Shown here piece by piece: positions 1-10,123 of a DNA stretch of 64,000 nt. This stretch comes from Candidatus Poribacteria bacterium (GTDB lineage Bacteria; Poribacteria; WGA-4E; PCPOR2b). The DNA is taken from assembly GCA_965218095.1 (NCBI GenBank), contig OZ244587.1, forward strand, positions 6,176,001 to 6,240,000, written 5' to 3'. A model generated the notes under the pieces. That model made no database searches and was not told where the DNA came from. It was given only the letters and a program-made list of their open reading frames with translations. A program made the position numbers and the translations under genes. Positions within the stretch are counted from its first letter, which is position 1, and every line of letters starts with the position of its first letter.

Positions 1-663
1 TATCGTGACAAATACACCAACAAGCACACCGATAATTCGCACATTTGTCAACGCCCCCAAAATGCCACGCATCTGGTCACCTGCGGCTTTTTTCATGCCA
101 TTGCTCATTATCTCCATGCCGTAGAGGAAAATCGCCAATCCACCGAGCAATCCGAAGGTTAAAAAGATTAACCAACTCGACGGTTTCGCATCCACCTCAA
201 AAGTCACAGGTGAGTCCACTGTGTCAGTGGTTATCGCCGTCACAACATAATCCCCGGCTTTAGAACCCAAATGCAACTTCGTTCTCGCAACCCCGTTTGC
301 ACCTGTGAGCGCAATGACTGGATCTACCTTTGCGCGTTTTGCCTTAGCGGGTTGGCTGACCAGCGCAAAATGGACTTTGACCCCTTCAAGGCGGTTGCCT
401 GTGGCTCCTTTGACGACAACAGACAGATCTTGTTCTATCCAATTATCGACGATGCCACTCTGCTTGTGTACGGAAATATCCCGACCGGAAACATCTTTTA
501 ATCGCTCAACCGTTACCCCTCCGTCAATCAGGGAGGAATCCTGAGCCGATGAAAAGATGGCGATCATCCCATAAAAGGCGAAGCAGGTGAAGATAAGGGA
601 TACAATCTGTTGGTTGTGTGGGAGATTGATTGCAGATCTGAAATTTATCCGATTATTCGTCAT
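1..663 (-). CDS. Na+/phosphate cotransporter (NptA/YjbB family) with N-terminal Ig-like domain; partial, runs off the window edge
   Basis: Not in the ORF track. Manual translation from ATG 663 is open to position 1: hydrophobic leader, then QDLSVVVKGATGNRLEGVKVHF...TGANGVARTKLHLGSKAGDYVVTA, then LLGGLAIFLYGMEIMSNGMKKAAGDQMRGILGALTNVRIIGVLVGVFVTI, the Na/Pi cotransporter signature. Confidence 0.85.
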   Translation of the reverse strand, partial: MTNNRINFRSAINLPHNQQIVSLIFTCFAFYGMIAIFSSAQDSSLIDGGVTVERLKDVSGRDISVHKQSGIVDNWIEQDLSVVVKGATGNRLEGVKVHFALVSQPAKAKRAKVDPVIALTGANGVARTKLHLGSKAGDYVVTAITTDTVDSPVTFEVDAKPSSWLIFLTFGLLGGLAIFLYGMEIMSNGMKKAAGDQMRGILGALTNVRIIGVLVGVFVTI

Positions 664-784
664 CTTCTTTCGACTTTGGTTCGCGGACAACACGCATCGG
701 GCATGTATACTACGATAGGTCATAACTTACATCACTACCATACGGAAGCGTTATTTGTGGCCGTCCGCAGTATAATACCCGGAC

Positions 785-1732
785 CTACCCTCCGAAACTG
801 CTGAAGGCCGTTTTGATGATGAAGAAGAAGACAATCGCCATTGCGGATCCTACAGGCAATGTCACAACCCACGAAGTGATAATATCACGGATAACACGCG
901 GATTCAAGCTAGCTATTCCTCTCGCAAATCCAACGCCCATCACCGCACCAACAAACGTATGGGTTGTCGAGATGGGCCATCCGAATTTTGAGGCGAAGAC
1001 AATGGTTGTTGCAGCTGCTAACTCTGCTGCAAAGCCACGGGATGGCGTTAGCTCAGTGATTCTTCTTCCAATTGTCTCGATAACACGCCAACCCCAGGTC
1101 GCTAAACCGATTACGATTCCCGCACCACCGACCGCTAAGATCCAAGGAGGGACGGCGGTTTTCGCTGTAAGCGCTTCAGCGCCTCCGCTCGCAAGTGAGA
1201 CTACCGCAGCAACTGGCCCAACCGAGTTCGCTACGTCATTGGCGCCGTGGGCAAAAGCAACGAAGCAGGCGCTCAAGATCTGGAGATAACCGAATACCTG
1301 CTCAACAAAGCGAAAATCTTGGCGCGTGTGTATTTGGGCTTTGCTTGGTCCAGCCTCTTTCCCTAAGACGTCCAGATTTTTCTGAATACTCTCAATGTTC
1401 CCTTCAACTTCCTTCGTCGCCATCGAACGAATCCGTCGGAGGTATCTCACCATCGCCCTTAGATCCATGGACATCGCAGCGAGAGAAAAGTCAGTCCCTT
1501 CCTGGCTCACTGATGGGACCTGCACGCGCCTTATGAGGTATCCCCTGATCACGGAAGCAACCAGGCCGACGCCGGCGGCATACATCAATGCGTGTGAGAA
1601 ACTCAGATCGAGTTTCAGGTTCTTGAGCCCCTTAAATAGTGTCACAAGGGTCAAAATCCCAAAAACGAAGAAAATAAACCCCGGCGCCCAACGTTTCGTG
1701 GCTTGGACGGGATTTGGCACGTTAATCATCAC
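785..1732 (-). pseudogene. PiT/PHO4 inorganic phosphate transporter, 5'-truncated
   Basis: C-terminal motifs [23 protein letters not shown] and PISTTH are present; the N-terminal GANDxAN half is absent and similarity appears to stop near 1772. Confidence 0.8.
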
Positions 1733-1890
1733 ACGGCGAATAATCGTAAAGATGACAAAGGCGGTTATTCCACTTTCAGGTTTGGTATCGCCTTACGCTT
1801 TATGAGTTTTATGACTGTTGAGATGAGGATTTCATCTCGGTCTCGTGTGTTGATCATTTGCGCGACTTTCCCGTTGTACTTTTTAACATT

Positions 1891-2733
1891 TTAATTGCTG
1901 AGGTCTGCAATCTCCTCTGGAGAAAGTCCTGTCACCTCGGCGATGAGCGCCACATCAACGCCACGCGCCAACATGGAACGCGCGATCTCTATCTCCCTCG
2001 TCTTGCGCCCTTGCTCAAGTCCCTGCCCAAGGACTTCCTGGTATCCATCCTCAAAGGATTCTCGAAAGTAGCGTTCCACAACGGCTTCATCCTTGATTCG
2101 CACCAGTTCCTGTGGTGTGACATTATCTCTCTTAATTTCTTCAATCACTTGCTGAAAGACAGGTGGAGTATATTGGGTCTCATCCACCCGCTCATCCAGC
2201 GAGTCATCAATCAGCTCCAGCTATGCCATGACGTTTTCGGGCGTCCGCTCATTCCGGATCCGGGGATTTAAGAAGACCAACCGGTGCGGATAAACGCCCA
2301 ACGGTTGGTTGAACTCATTGAATGCTTCCAGTTGACTGCTGGCGACGCTGAAACGAACACCGGGCTCATTACGAGGACGCGAGGCGCCCATTACGACAAC
2401 CACTGTATAAACCGCTTTGGGAAAACGGTAATCCCGATGACTTTTGACTTGTTGAGTGATACCCATGAGGTGATAGTACATAAAACGATCAAAGAAGTCC
2501 ACCTCTTGCACATGCTGAATCTCGACAATGATCCGATTTTCGAGGTCTTCAGCAAATAGGTCGTACTCAATATCGACATAGCCAAACTGCTCTGGATACC
2601 GGTACCCTTGAATGACCCCATCTACATGGATAGAAATTCCCAAGACGTCGTGGACAAATTGACGAAACACTTCAGGTTGGCTAAAGGCTTTCTTGAAAAT
2701 CACATCGAATCTTAATGAGGCAACATCGACCAT
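1891..2733 (-). pseudogene. Rpn-type PD-(D/E)XK nuclease (PDDEXK_2) with in-frame TAG at 2221-2223
   Basis: DVIFKKAF, YDLFAED..IIVEIQ, C-terminal GLEQG..EIARSML..IAEVTGLS; the two tracked ORFs (2221..2733, 1891..2187) share one frame separated only by TAG. Confidence 0.85.
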
Positions 2734-2787
2734 GTTTAATGCCTCCTTTTAGTGTTTTGGTTTTGTAGCGTCTATCCTGATTGAGAT

Positions 2788-3867
2788 TTACAACGTTTTC
2801 GCGCGTTGACGGAGAAGCCCATCCACTAATACCAGCGCAACCATCGCTTCGACAATCGCAGGCGCACGGGGCAAAACGCACGGATCGTGTCGTCCATGCG
2901 CCGATAGAGTGACTTCATTGCCGTAAATATCCACTGTTTCCTGCTCCTTTCGAATCGTCGCCGTTGGCTTGAAAGCGACTTGAAACAGGATATTTTCGCC
3001 GGTTGAGATGCCTCCCTGGGTCCCGCCGGAGTTGTTCGTCCGCGTGCGGATACGCCCGCCATCGTTGTAAAATGGGTCGTTGTGCTGCGATCCGGTACCC
3101 GTCACGCCGCCAAAGCCTGACCCGATCTGAAACCCCATCGTCGCGGGGAGGGACATCATCGCCTTCGCCAAATCTGCCTTGAGTTTGTCAAACACCGGTT
3201 CGCCGAGCCCAACCGGTACGTTCCGGGAGACCGATTCGATGATCCCGCCGAGTGAATCGCCATTTCGCCGTGTCTGTTCGATCAGTTCTTCCATCTGTTC
3301 ACTGGCTCTGGCATCCGGACATCGCACGAGGCTGGACTCAATCTCGTCGAGCGTCACGGTATCGGAATCGACCTCAGCGATGATCGTGTGGATCTGCTTG
3401 ACGTAGGCAAGGATCTCTGTGCCACACTGCTCGCGCAAGATCTGCTTCGCAATTGCGCCCGCCGCCACCCGCCCAATCGTTTCGCGGGCACTCGCCCGAC
3501 CACCCCCTTGCCAATTACGGATACCGTACTTCTGCTGGTAGGTGAAGTCGGCGTGTGACGGGCGATAAACGTTCTTGAGGTGTTCGTAGGCGGAGGGTTT
3601 TGCGTCCTTGTTCCGTACTAACATTGAGATTGGCGTCCCAAGTGTCTTTCCCTCGAAAACGCCGGACAAAATCTCCACCTGATCATCTTCTTTACGTTGC
3701 GTTGTGAGACGGCTCTGCCCCGGGTGCCGCCGATTCAGTTCAGCCTGAATCGAGCCGATATCAATGTTGAGTCGTGGTGGGCATCCATCAATCACGACGC
3801 CGATTGCCACACCGTGTGATTCGCCCCATGTTGTAATCCGAAAGAGATGACCAAAGGTATTTCCCAT
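2788..3867 (-). CDS. aroC: chorismate synthase
   Basis: [30 protein letters not shown] motifs. Confidence 0.98.
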   Translation of the reverse strand: MGNTFGHLFRITTWGESHGVAIGVVIDGCPPRLNIDIGSIQAELNRRHPGQSRLTTQRKEDDQVEILSGVFEGKTLGTPISMLVRNKDAKPSAYEHLKNVYRPSHADFTYQQKYGIRNWQGGGRASARETIGRVAAGAIAKQILREQCGTEILAYVKQIHTIIAEVDSDTVTLDEIESSLVRCPDARASEQMEELIEQTRRNGDSLGGIIESVSRNVPVGLGEPVFDKLKADLAKAMMSLPATMGFQIGSGFGGVTGTGSQHNDPFYNDGGRIRTRTNNSGGTQGGISTGENILFQVAFKPTATIRKEQETVDIYGNEVTLSAHGRHDPCVLPRAPAIVEAMVALVLVDGLLRQRAKTL

Positions 3868-3989
3868 TGTGCTGCTCCCAAGCTCGGTGATTCATTTCGT
3901 AAGTCCAAACCCTATATGAAATGACCACTCAGTTTCGCATCGCGTATCGTCCAAAATCCCTCTTGACAAATCCGTGAAGATCTATTACC

Positions 3990-4029
3990 CTACTCCCATT
4001 TGAGGCTTACTACTCCCATTTGAGGCTTA
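3990..4029. repeat. perfect 20-bp tandem duplication
   Basis: ctactcccatttgaggctta x2. Confidence 0.95.
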
Positions 4030-4155
4030 AAGGAATCGATGTGGATACCTAGCAAATATAGCACATCCTTCCCTGAATATCAACTGAAAAGTTTGCGTCA
4101 AAGCGGCAAAGGCATTGCGCACGAAATCGGAGGCAATAATTGAATTGGTCTGGAG

Positions 4156-4839
4156 GTGTCAAGCATGATTAAAGAATTCTTCAAGCGGTTGGACATTCGC
4201 CTGATCGCAATTTTCATCCTCATCGTCTTTTTGTGGAATACGCCCGTCGTTTATCCGCTCAAAATCTTCGTGGTCTTTATGCACGAACTGAGCCACGGCC
4301 TTGCGGCAATCGTAACAGGGGGCCGGATCAAAAAGATTGTCGTCGTTTCCCAACAAGGTGGGCACACGATCACGATTGGGGGTTCGCGTTTCTGGACACT
4401 CACCGCCGGTTACCTTGGAAGTCTCGTGTGGGGTGGACTCATTCTGGTTCTCGCGGCACGGACGCACCTCGACAAATTTCTCAGCACAGTTATTGGGGCA
4501 GGCATGATCCTTATTTCGATTTTCTATCTGCGAAACCCCTTTGGTTTTATGTTCGGGATTGCGTTTGGTGGGGGACTCGTGGTTGCAGGCAGGTTTCTTC
4601 CTGAGTCAGTCAACGATTGGATTCTGCGAGTGATCGGCTTGACCAGTTGTCTCTATGCGATCCTCGACATCAAGAGCGACGTTTTAGACCGTGCCTATCT
4701 TCGCTCCGACGCCCGTATGCTCGCTGAGTTGATGCACACTCCAACCGTTGTGTGGGGCGTTTTGTGGATGGCCATCGCGATCATTGGGACAATCTGCTTT
4801 CTCTACATTGCGGGAAAAGACAAGGAAGATCCGGATTAA
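4156..4839 (+). CDS. M50B-like membrane metallopeptidase
   Basis: HELSHG zinc motif, AGYLG, SDA motif, multiple TM segments. Confidence 0.9.
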   Translation: MSSMIKEFFKRLDIRLIAIFILIVFLWNTPVVYPLKIFVVFMHELSHGLAAIVTGGRIKKIVVVSQQGGHTITIGGSRFWTLTAGYLGSLVWGGLILVLAARTHLDKFLSTVIGAGMILISIFYLRNPFGFMFGIAFGGGLVVAGRFLPESVNDWILRVIGLTSCLYAILDIKSDVLDRAYLRSDARMLAELMHTPTVVWGVLWMAIAIIGTICFLYIAGKDKEDPD

Positions 4840-4965
4840 CTGATGTAAAAGCGTGATGCGTAAAACCCCGATGGATTGGGGCAGAGCCTAGTCTTACGTG
4901 GCGGATTCCCAATCTCTGATCGGGACTCTCAGAACGGAGCTGTGAAACGTAACGGAGATTGAATC

Positions 4966-5153
4966 TTGAAACAGTTACGTGGCAAACCGCTAAAGATTTC
5001 CTCAAGCAGGTTGAGCGTCCCGAAATAGAGCTCATCTTTATCCTGCGAGATGTGGAGGATGCGGTCAAAGTCAGGTCTGCGTTTCGGATTGCAGATGCAT
5101 GTAGTGTCCGTCAATGGATTTTGACGGGAATTAGCACGCGTCCATCCCATTGA
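4966..5153 (+). pseudogene. TrmH/SpoU RNA methyltransferase N-terminal remnant
   Basis: GGAG then TTG start MKQLRGKPLK, frameshift into FLKQVERPEIELIFILRDVEDAVKVRSAFRIADAC...ILTGIS (degenerate SpoU motif I); truncated. Confidence 0.65.
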
Positions 5154-5156
5154 TTA

Positions 5157-6239
5157 TCAAAAGTCCACGAACTTCTCGCTTGTGGCATGCTCCCCATTCG
5201 CGCTAAACACCACAATATCCCGATGGATTTTATCAGAAATCCACATACTCAAGTCAACATCGGCGAAGCGTTGGCGAAACCCATGGTTCCGAATGAGACT
5301 CAGAACGGTCTCGCGTGGAAGTGTGTACAAATTATAAGCTATTACAATTGTGCTGCTGGCTTTGAGCAGGTGTTTCCAGCTTGGCAGAGCGGCATCGAGT
5401 AGCCCATCATAGTCGATTGGCGTCAGCTTTTCAGTCCGACTTCCGGCGCGAACACCGTAAGGGAAATCCGTGATTAAGCTATCAAACTGTTGATCCGGGA
5501 GGTATTGGTGCGCCTTTCGCGTATCACCGTTAATGATCTGATACTGGTTTTGCGTTGAGCCCTGTGTCACGAAAAGGCGGTGATTTCCTTCGAGGGATTC
5601 CTCAAAAGACACCTCAAGGCGCTGCAAGAGTTTCCGAAGATTTTCCGCGCTCCGCTCCGAAGCTGTCGGAGAAATCTCCAGCGTCGCTCCATCAATTCCC
5701 CTTAGCACGCACTCGAAAAGGGCTTGTCCATACCCTCCCATTGGATCCAACACCCGACCGATGGGATGCCCGTTATAACTCAAGTTGATCATCGCACGGA
5801 TTAGGTACGGCGACTGCCTCGCTGGAGATTGGTAATCAAATGCCTGCGGAGCGATTGTGGAAACCCAGTCTTTATCAAGCGTGAGAACCGGCTGATGCGA
5901 TGCTGATGCGATAAAGGCTTGGAATGCGTCGTAATCCTTCCGTAGCGTACCTGCTGTCGTCTTGCGTCGATCGGCGGACCAATCCTCCCCATCCCTCCGC
6001 TCCAGTTTGTTGACCTGTGTCAGAAGGGTTATCCACTGACACATCCCGGTTTCTTCAGGCGTCAATTCGCCTGCATGCCAAACAATACTGCCCGGCGGGT
6101 AGATTTCTGGTGTCGCTGCCTCTACCACACGCGGTAACAGGTTCACAATTTCGGTTTCGGACAATCGTCCGATGATGCCCCGCTGACCGCTGACCTGCTT
6201 GTATTGGAAGTAGTAAACTGAGATAGAATCTACGGGCAT
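5157..6239 (-). CDS. SAM-dependent methyltransferase, Trm11/amino-methylase-like
   Basis: RVLDPMGGYG SAM-binding motif and LITDFPYG catalytic-type motif. Confidence 0.75.
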   Translation of the reverse strand: MPVDSISVYYFQYKQVSGQRGIIGRLSETEIVNLLPRVVEAATPEIYPPGSIVWHAGELTPEETGMCQWITLLTQVNKLERRDGEDWSADRRKTTAGTLRKDYDAFQAFIASASHQPVLTLDKDWVSTIAPQAFDYQSPARQSPYLIRAMINLSYNGHPIGRVLDPMGGYGQALFECVLRGIDGATLEISPTASERSAENLRKLLQRLEVSFEESLEGNHRLFVTQGSTQNQYQIINGDTRKAHQYLPDQQFDSLITDFPYGVRAGSRTEKLTPIDYDGLLDAALPSWKHLLKASSTIVIAYNLYTLPRETVLSLIRNHGFRQRFADVDLSMWISDKIHRDIVVFSANGEHATSEKFVDF

Positions 6240-6381
6240 TCCTATTCCTCACTTATCTTTCTCACTTTAGAACCGCGGATCCGGTAGCATCCCGCGGATT
6301 TTTGTAACTGTCCAAGTGATGCTCCACTTTCCCCGCCAAGGGAAATTGGCATGACTCATCACCCGACGCGGCAAAAAAGGG

Positions 6382-6411
6382 TTGACATAAACCAAAGACG
6401 CATATTAGAGT
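6382..6411 (+). promoter_or_regulatory. sigma70-type promoter
   Basis: TTGACA-18-TAGAGT upstream of the cytochrome c gene. Confidence 0.5.
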
Positions 6412-6464
6412 ATAGGGCAATCGCGACTTTGATTTGGACCTTTATCGTTAGGGAGAATTTATAG

Positions 6465-6827
6465 ATGCGTCAATCCGTCGTTTGGATCTCTGTTATACTC
6501 GTGATCGGTTTGATAGTAATTATAACCGCTGTACTCGTGAAGATGCCACAAGCGACTGTGAAAACTTTTCCGGCGGATAATGGCCCCAACTTCATCAGCG
6601 TTTCTAGCTACTCGACCGAAATGCAGGAATACTATAAGATCTTTGAACGAAAATGTAGTCGCTGCCACACCCTTGCCCGCCCAATTAACTCAGAATTCGT
6701 CGGGGAGGCGTGGCGAAAATATGTCTACAAAATGATGAGAAAACCGGGGTCGGGATTGACGCCGAAAACTGCAGTACCGATTATCGAGTTTCTGATTTAC
6801 GATTCTCAAGTGCGGAAAAAAGAGTAA
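6465..6827 (+). CDS. membrane-anchored monoheme cytochrome c
   Basis: N-terminal TM helix, CSRCH heme motif, distal Met candidates (KMMRKPG). Confidence 0.85.
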   Translation: MRQSVVWISVILVIGLIVIITAVLVKMPQATVKTFPADNGPNFISVSSYSTEMQEYYKIFERKCSRCHTLARPINSEFVGEAWRKYVYKMMRKPGSGLTPKTAVPIIEFLIYDSQVRKKE

Positions 6828-6862
6828 TCAACGAATCGTTGCAATTATTTGAGGGGACTCCG

Positions 6863-7708
6863 ATGCAGGAAAGTATAATCACAAAACCGGACAAAATGGA
6901 ATGGGTGACCATCTCCGCCGGCGAATTCATCATGGGGTCAAGCAAAGAGCAGATCCGCCGCGTCAAAGGGATCGACCCTGAGTTTTCCGATGAATGGCTG
7001 GAGCGCGAGCAGCCGCAGCGAAAGATCTATCTTTCCGAGTATACGATTGCGAAATATACCATCACCAATCGGCAGTTCAAGGCGTTTGTCGATGAGTCCG
7101 GTTATCAGACAGAGCGCGAATTGGATGGACTTGGCAAATCGATCTGGTACAAATTGCGAGAGGCCCCGCTCGAGGAAAGACTCGACCACCCCGTTGTGTG
7201 CGTAACTCGCAAGGACGCCCTTGCCTACTGCGAATGGTTCAGTGAAAAAACGGGCATTCAGATCGGCTTGCCGACCGAAGCACAGTGGGAGAAAGCGGCG
7301 CGAGGCAGCGACGGACGTCTCTGGCCGTGGGGCGATGAATTTGATGAAATGAAGTGCAACATTGCGGGAAAGGGAACGACGGCTGTCGGGAACTACCCCC
7401 AAGGTGCGTCCCCTTATGGCGTCATGGATTGTGCTGGCAACATTTGGGAATGGTGCGATGACTGGTTTGCGACGGACTACTATGATTATGCTCCCGTCCG
7501 AGATCCACGGGGACCAGATAGCGGTGAATATTACGTCGTCCGCGGCGGTTCGTGGTATCGCGGTAGACGGAGCGCATGCAGCGTCCGTGCTGCCGCTCGT
7601 TTTCGTCATTACATTGCTTGCTATACCTTTGGCTTTCGCGTGGTAGCGTATAATTGGAAAAACCAACAAGACAAGGTGAAACATGGTCTCCTGAACAACT
7701 GGCTGTGA
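6863..7708 (+). CDS. formylglycine-generating enzyme family (SUMF1/EgtB/PvdO) domain protein
   Basis: AGEFIMGS, LPTEAQWEKAARG, GNIWEW, RGGSW, GFR; start moved to ATG 6863 after GAGGGG. Confidence 0.9.
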   Translation: MQESIITKPDKMEWVTISAGEFIMGSSKEQIRRVKGIDPEFSDEWLEREQPQRKIYLSEYTIAKYTITNRQFKAFVDESGYQTERELDGLGKSIWYKLREAPLEERLDHPVVCVTRKDALAYCEWFSEKTGIQIGLPTEAQWEKAARGSDGRLWPWGDEFDEMKCNIAGKGTTAVGNYPQGASPYGVMDCAGNIWEWCDDWFATDYYDYAPVRDPRGPDSGEYYVVRGGSWYRGRRSACSVRAAARFRHYIACYTFGFRVVAYNWKNQQDKVKHGLLNNWL

Positions 7709-7815
7709 TGTTGCATGTTCCCGTGTGGAAAATCCATCAAGCAATCGAAAATGGGCAACTGATGGCTGAAGAAGTTGGAAATACTTACGCGATCTCCCAA
7801 GAAGCAATCGCGTAA
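7663..7815 (+). other. excisionase-like helix-turn-helix coding segment in the -1 frame of the FGE gene
   Basis: TWSPEQLAVMLHVPVWKIHQAIENGQLMAEEVGNTYAISQEAIA; joins the FGE frame if the A5 run at 7658-7662 were A6. Confidence 0.6.
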
Positions 7816-7961
7816 CCTTTAAGGCGGGGCAATCCTTTCTTAAGATAATCCGACAAAGCGTAAGAAAGCATTGACATACTGCCAAAAATATAGCGAACAG
7901 GCAGTCCATTTCCCTGTCGGTAAAACACTCGAAACGTTAACCATAATTTTAGGAGGCACCA

Positions 7962-9038
7962 ATGGATGGACAAACCGACAAAATCAGGGTTCAATCTGAA
8001 ACGTTGCGACAATTTGCCAGCATGCTTTACCAGCGAGTTAGTGTCCCCAAAGCGGATGCCGACGCTGTCGCTCGGATGCAGGTTGAAACGGACGAGCGAG
8101 GTGTTTATTCACATGGCACCCGTGCACTGCCCGGGTACGTTCGCGGCATCCGCAACGGAGATATCAATCCCACGCCGAACATCTAGGCGCTAACTGAGGC
8201 GCCAAGCACAGCCCTGCTCAATGTCGATAACAGCCTTGGGCATGTTTCGAGCATTCGCGCCATGCAGTTGGCTATCGAGAAGGCACACGCCACCGGTATC
8301 GCAGCCGTAACTGTCCGCAACAGCAACCACTACGGTGCATCGGCGTGCTTCACCATGATGGCATTGTCAGAGGGGATGATCGGATTCAATACGACCAAGA
8401 CGGGTAGCGCAAGCATGGCAACGTATGGCGGCACTGAAGGTGTACTAGGTAATCACCCGCTGGCCTATGCGATTCCCACCAAAGAGGAGCCACCGATCGT
8501 GCTGGATATGGCGTGTGGGTGGGCAGCGTGGGGACATGTTGGCACGTATGCAATGGAAGGGAAACAACTCCCCCCCGGTTGGGTGCTGACAGCGGATGGT
8601 AAACCAACGCAAGACCTGCGTCAGGCGAAAGTCATGCTGCCCATTGGTGGACCGAAGGGACATGGATTGGCAATCGTGTCAAGCATACTTGACGGCGCGT
8701 TGACCGGAGGCCCTGCTGCTTGCAATCGGACACCGGACACACCGCCAGAGCTGGCGAGGCGTGGGCATTTCTTTTACACAATCAAGGTGAGCAATTTCTG
8801 CCCGCTAGACGAATTTACGGCAATTCTAGACGAATTTACGGCAATCGTTGATTAGGAAATCCGCACCATTTGCAACTCGAAACGCGCTGAAGGTGTTGAT
8901 CGCATCTACCTCCCTGGCGAGATTGAGTGGTTGAACCAGCAGGAGGCGCTGCGTCACGGCATCCCACTGCATCGGCAACACCTGGACTCGCTTGCGGTGC
9001 TTGCGGGCGAATTGGGGGTCGAGGTCTTTTGGGAGTAA
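7962..9038 (+). pseudogene. Ldh_2 (malate/L-sulfolactate dehydrogenase-type) oxidoreductase with two in-frame TAG codons
   Basis: One frame from ATG 7962 to TAA 9036: RGVYSHG, NSNHYG, GNHPLA, GGPKGHGLA, RIYLPGEIE; TAG at 8184 and 8853; in-frame 21-bp duplication 8805-8845. Confidence 0.88.
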
Positions 9039-9079
9039 GGTTACTTAAGAACTGACGGAGCAAGTTTGGAGGAAACACA

Positions 9080-10054
9080 ATGAGTCTCACCGACGTAGAA
9101 TTACGACAGTTCCATGACAAAGGCTATGTGGTCAAGCCCGCAGTTTTTTCGGCTGTGGATTTGCAACCGATCAAAGATGGTCTCAGCGACATCGTTGATA
9201 CAGAAGCGAAACGACTACAGTCAGAGGGGAAGCTGGAAGACATTTATTCCGACGTACCTTTCGGAACCCGCCTGGCGCGCATCAGGGAGTCCAATATCGA
9301 GGCCGCGGTAGAAATCGTCAGGGCTATTATAGGGAGGGGCGGCGGTGGTTTTAGTGGTCCCGCACTTTTTCAAATGCTCACCCATCCGCCTCTTTTATCC
9401 TGCATTGAAAGCCTGATCGGTCCAACGATCGTCGGTGCTTCGGCTTACCGAATTCGTCCGAAGCTACCAAACTGGGAACGTGGAAAAGTGCCGTGGCATC
9501 AGGATTCTGGTTATTTTCTTCCCCATTGTGACAAGCATCTACTTGTCACCTGCTGGATTCCCCTTGTTGATGCGACGCGGGAGAATGGCTGTCTTTATGT
9601 GATGCCAAAGACACATAGGCAACGGGTTTTTCGCCATTATACCGGCGGACATAGTGGCTATCTTGAAATCCCCACGGATGAATTTCCAGATACCGGGTCA
9701 ATTCCGATCGAGATGGAGGCGGGTGGTGTGCTGTTTATGACAAACCTAACGCCGCATTCGTCATTTGAAAATAGGACGAATCAAGTTCGTTGGAGCGTAG
9801 ACTTGCGCTACCAAAACGCCGAAGCGCCCAACAACGTAGACGAGGCGCCGGAGTCCTATACCCCTGAACGGGATGCCGTAACAATGGCGTGTTACCCTCC
9901 GGAAGCTGATTTTGTCCTTCGTGACCCGGAACACCCAAAACGCGAAGTGCACAGCGCCGAAGAATTCCGCAGAATTCGAGATCGTTACGATCGAACAAGG
10001 GCACATCACCCCGGTCGTGGCTGGATACGGCTTTCAGAGAGAAATAAAGCGTGA
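9080..10054 (+). CDS. phytanoyl-CoA dioxygenase (PhyH) family protein
   Basis: VPWHQDSGY, WIPLVDATRENGCL, TPHSS..N..VRWSVDLRY. Confidence 0.93.
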   Translation: MSLTDVELRQFHDKGYVVKPAVFSAVDLQPIKDGLSDIVDTEAKRLQSEGKLEDIYSDVPFGTRLARIRESNIEAAVEIVRAIIGRGGGGFSGPALFQMLTHPPLLSCIESLIGPTIVGASAYRIRPKLPNWERGKVPWHQDSGYFLPHCDKHLLVTCWIPLVDATRENGCLYVMPKTHRQRVFRHYTGGHSGYLEIPTDEFPDTGSIPIEMEAGGVLFMTNLTPHSSFENRTNQVRWSVDLRYQNAEAPNNVDEAPESYTPERDAVTMACYPPEADFVLRDPEHPKREVHSAEEFRRIRDRYDRTRAHHPGRGWIRLSERNKA

Positions 10055-10116
10055 AACATGATGAGTGATACGTGAGAAGTGAACACATATATCACTCGTC
10101 ACTCATCACTTATCAT
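10049..10116. repeat. inverted pair of heptamer arrays between convergent genes
   Basis: gcgtgaa/acatgat/gagtgat/acgtgag units followed by atcactc/gtcactc/atcactt units. Confidence 0.7.
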
Positions 10117-10123
10117 ACAGGAG

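Noticed and set aside
5157-6239. Restriction-modification system
   Set aside because: The methyltransferase looks Trm11-like and has no adjacent endonuclease or specificity gene
6938-7909. 323-aa minus-strand ORF and the many other antisense ORFs in the track
   Set aside because: They are shadows of well-supported genes on the opposite strand and have no recognisable motifs
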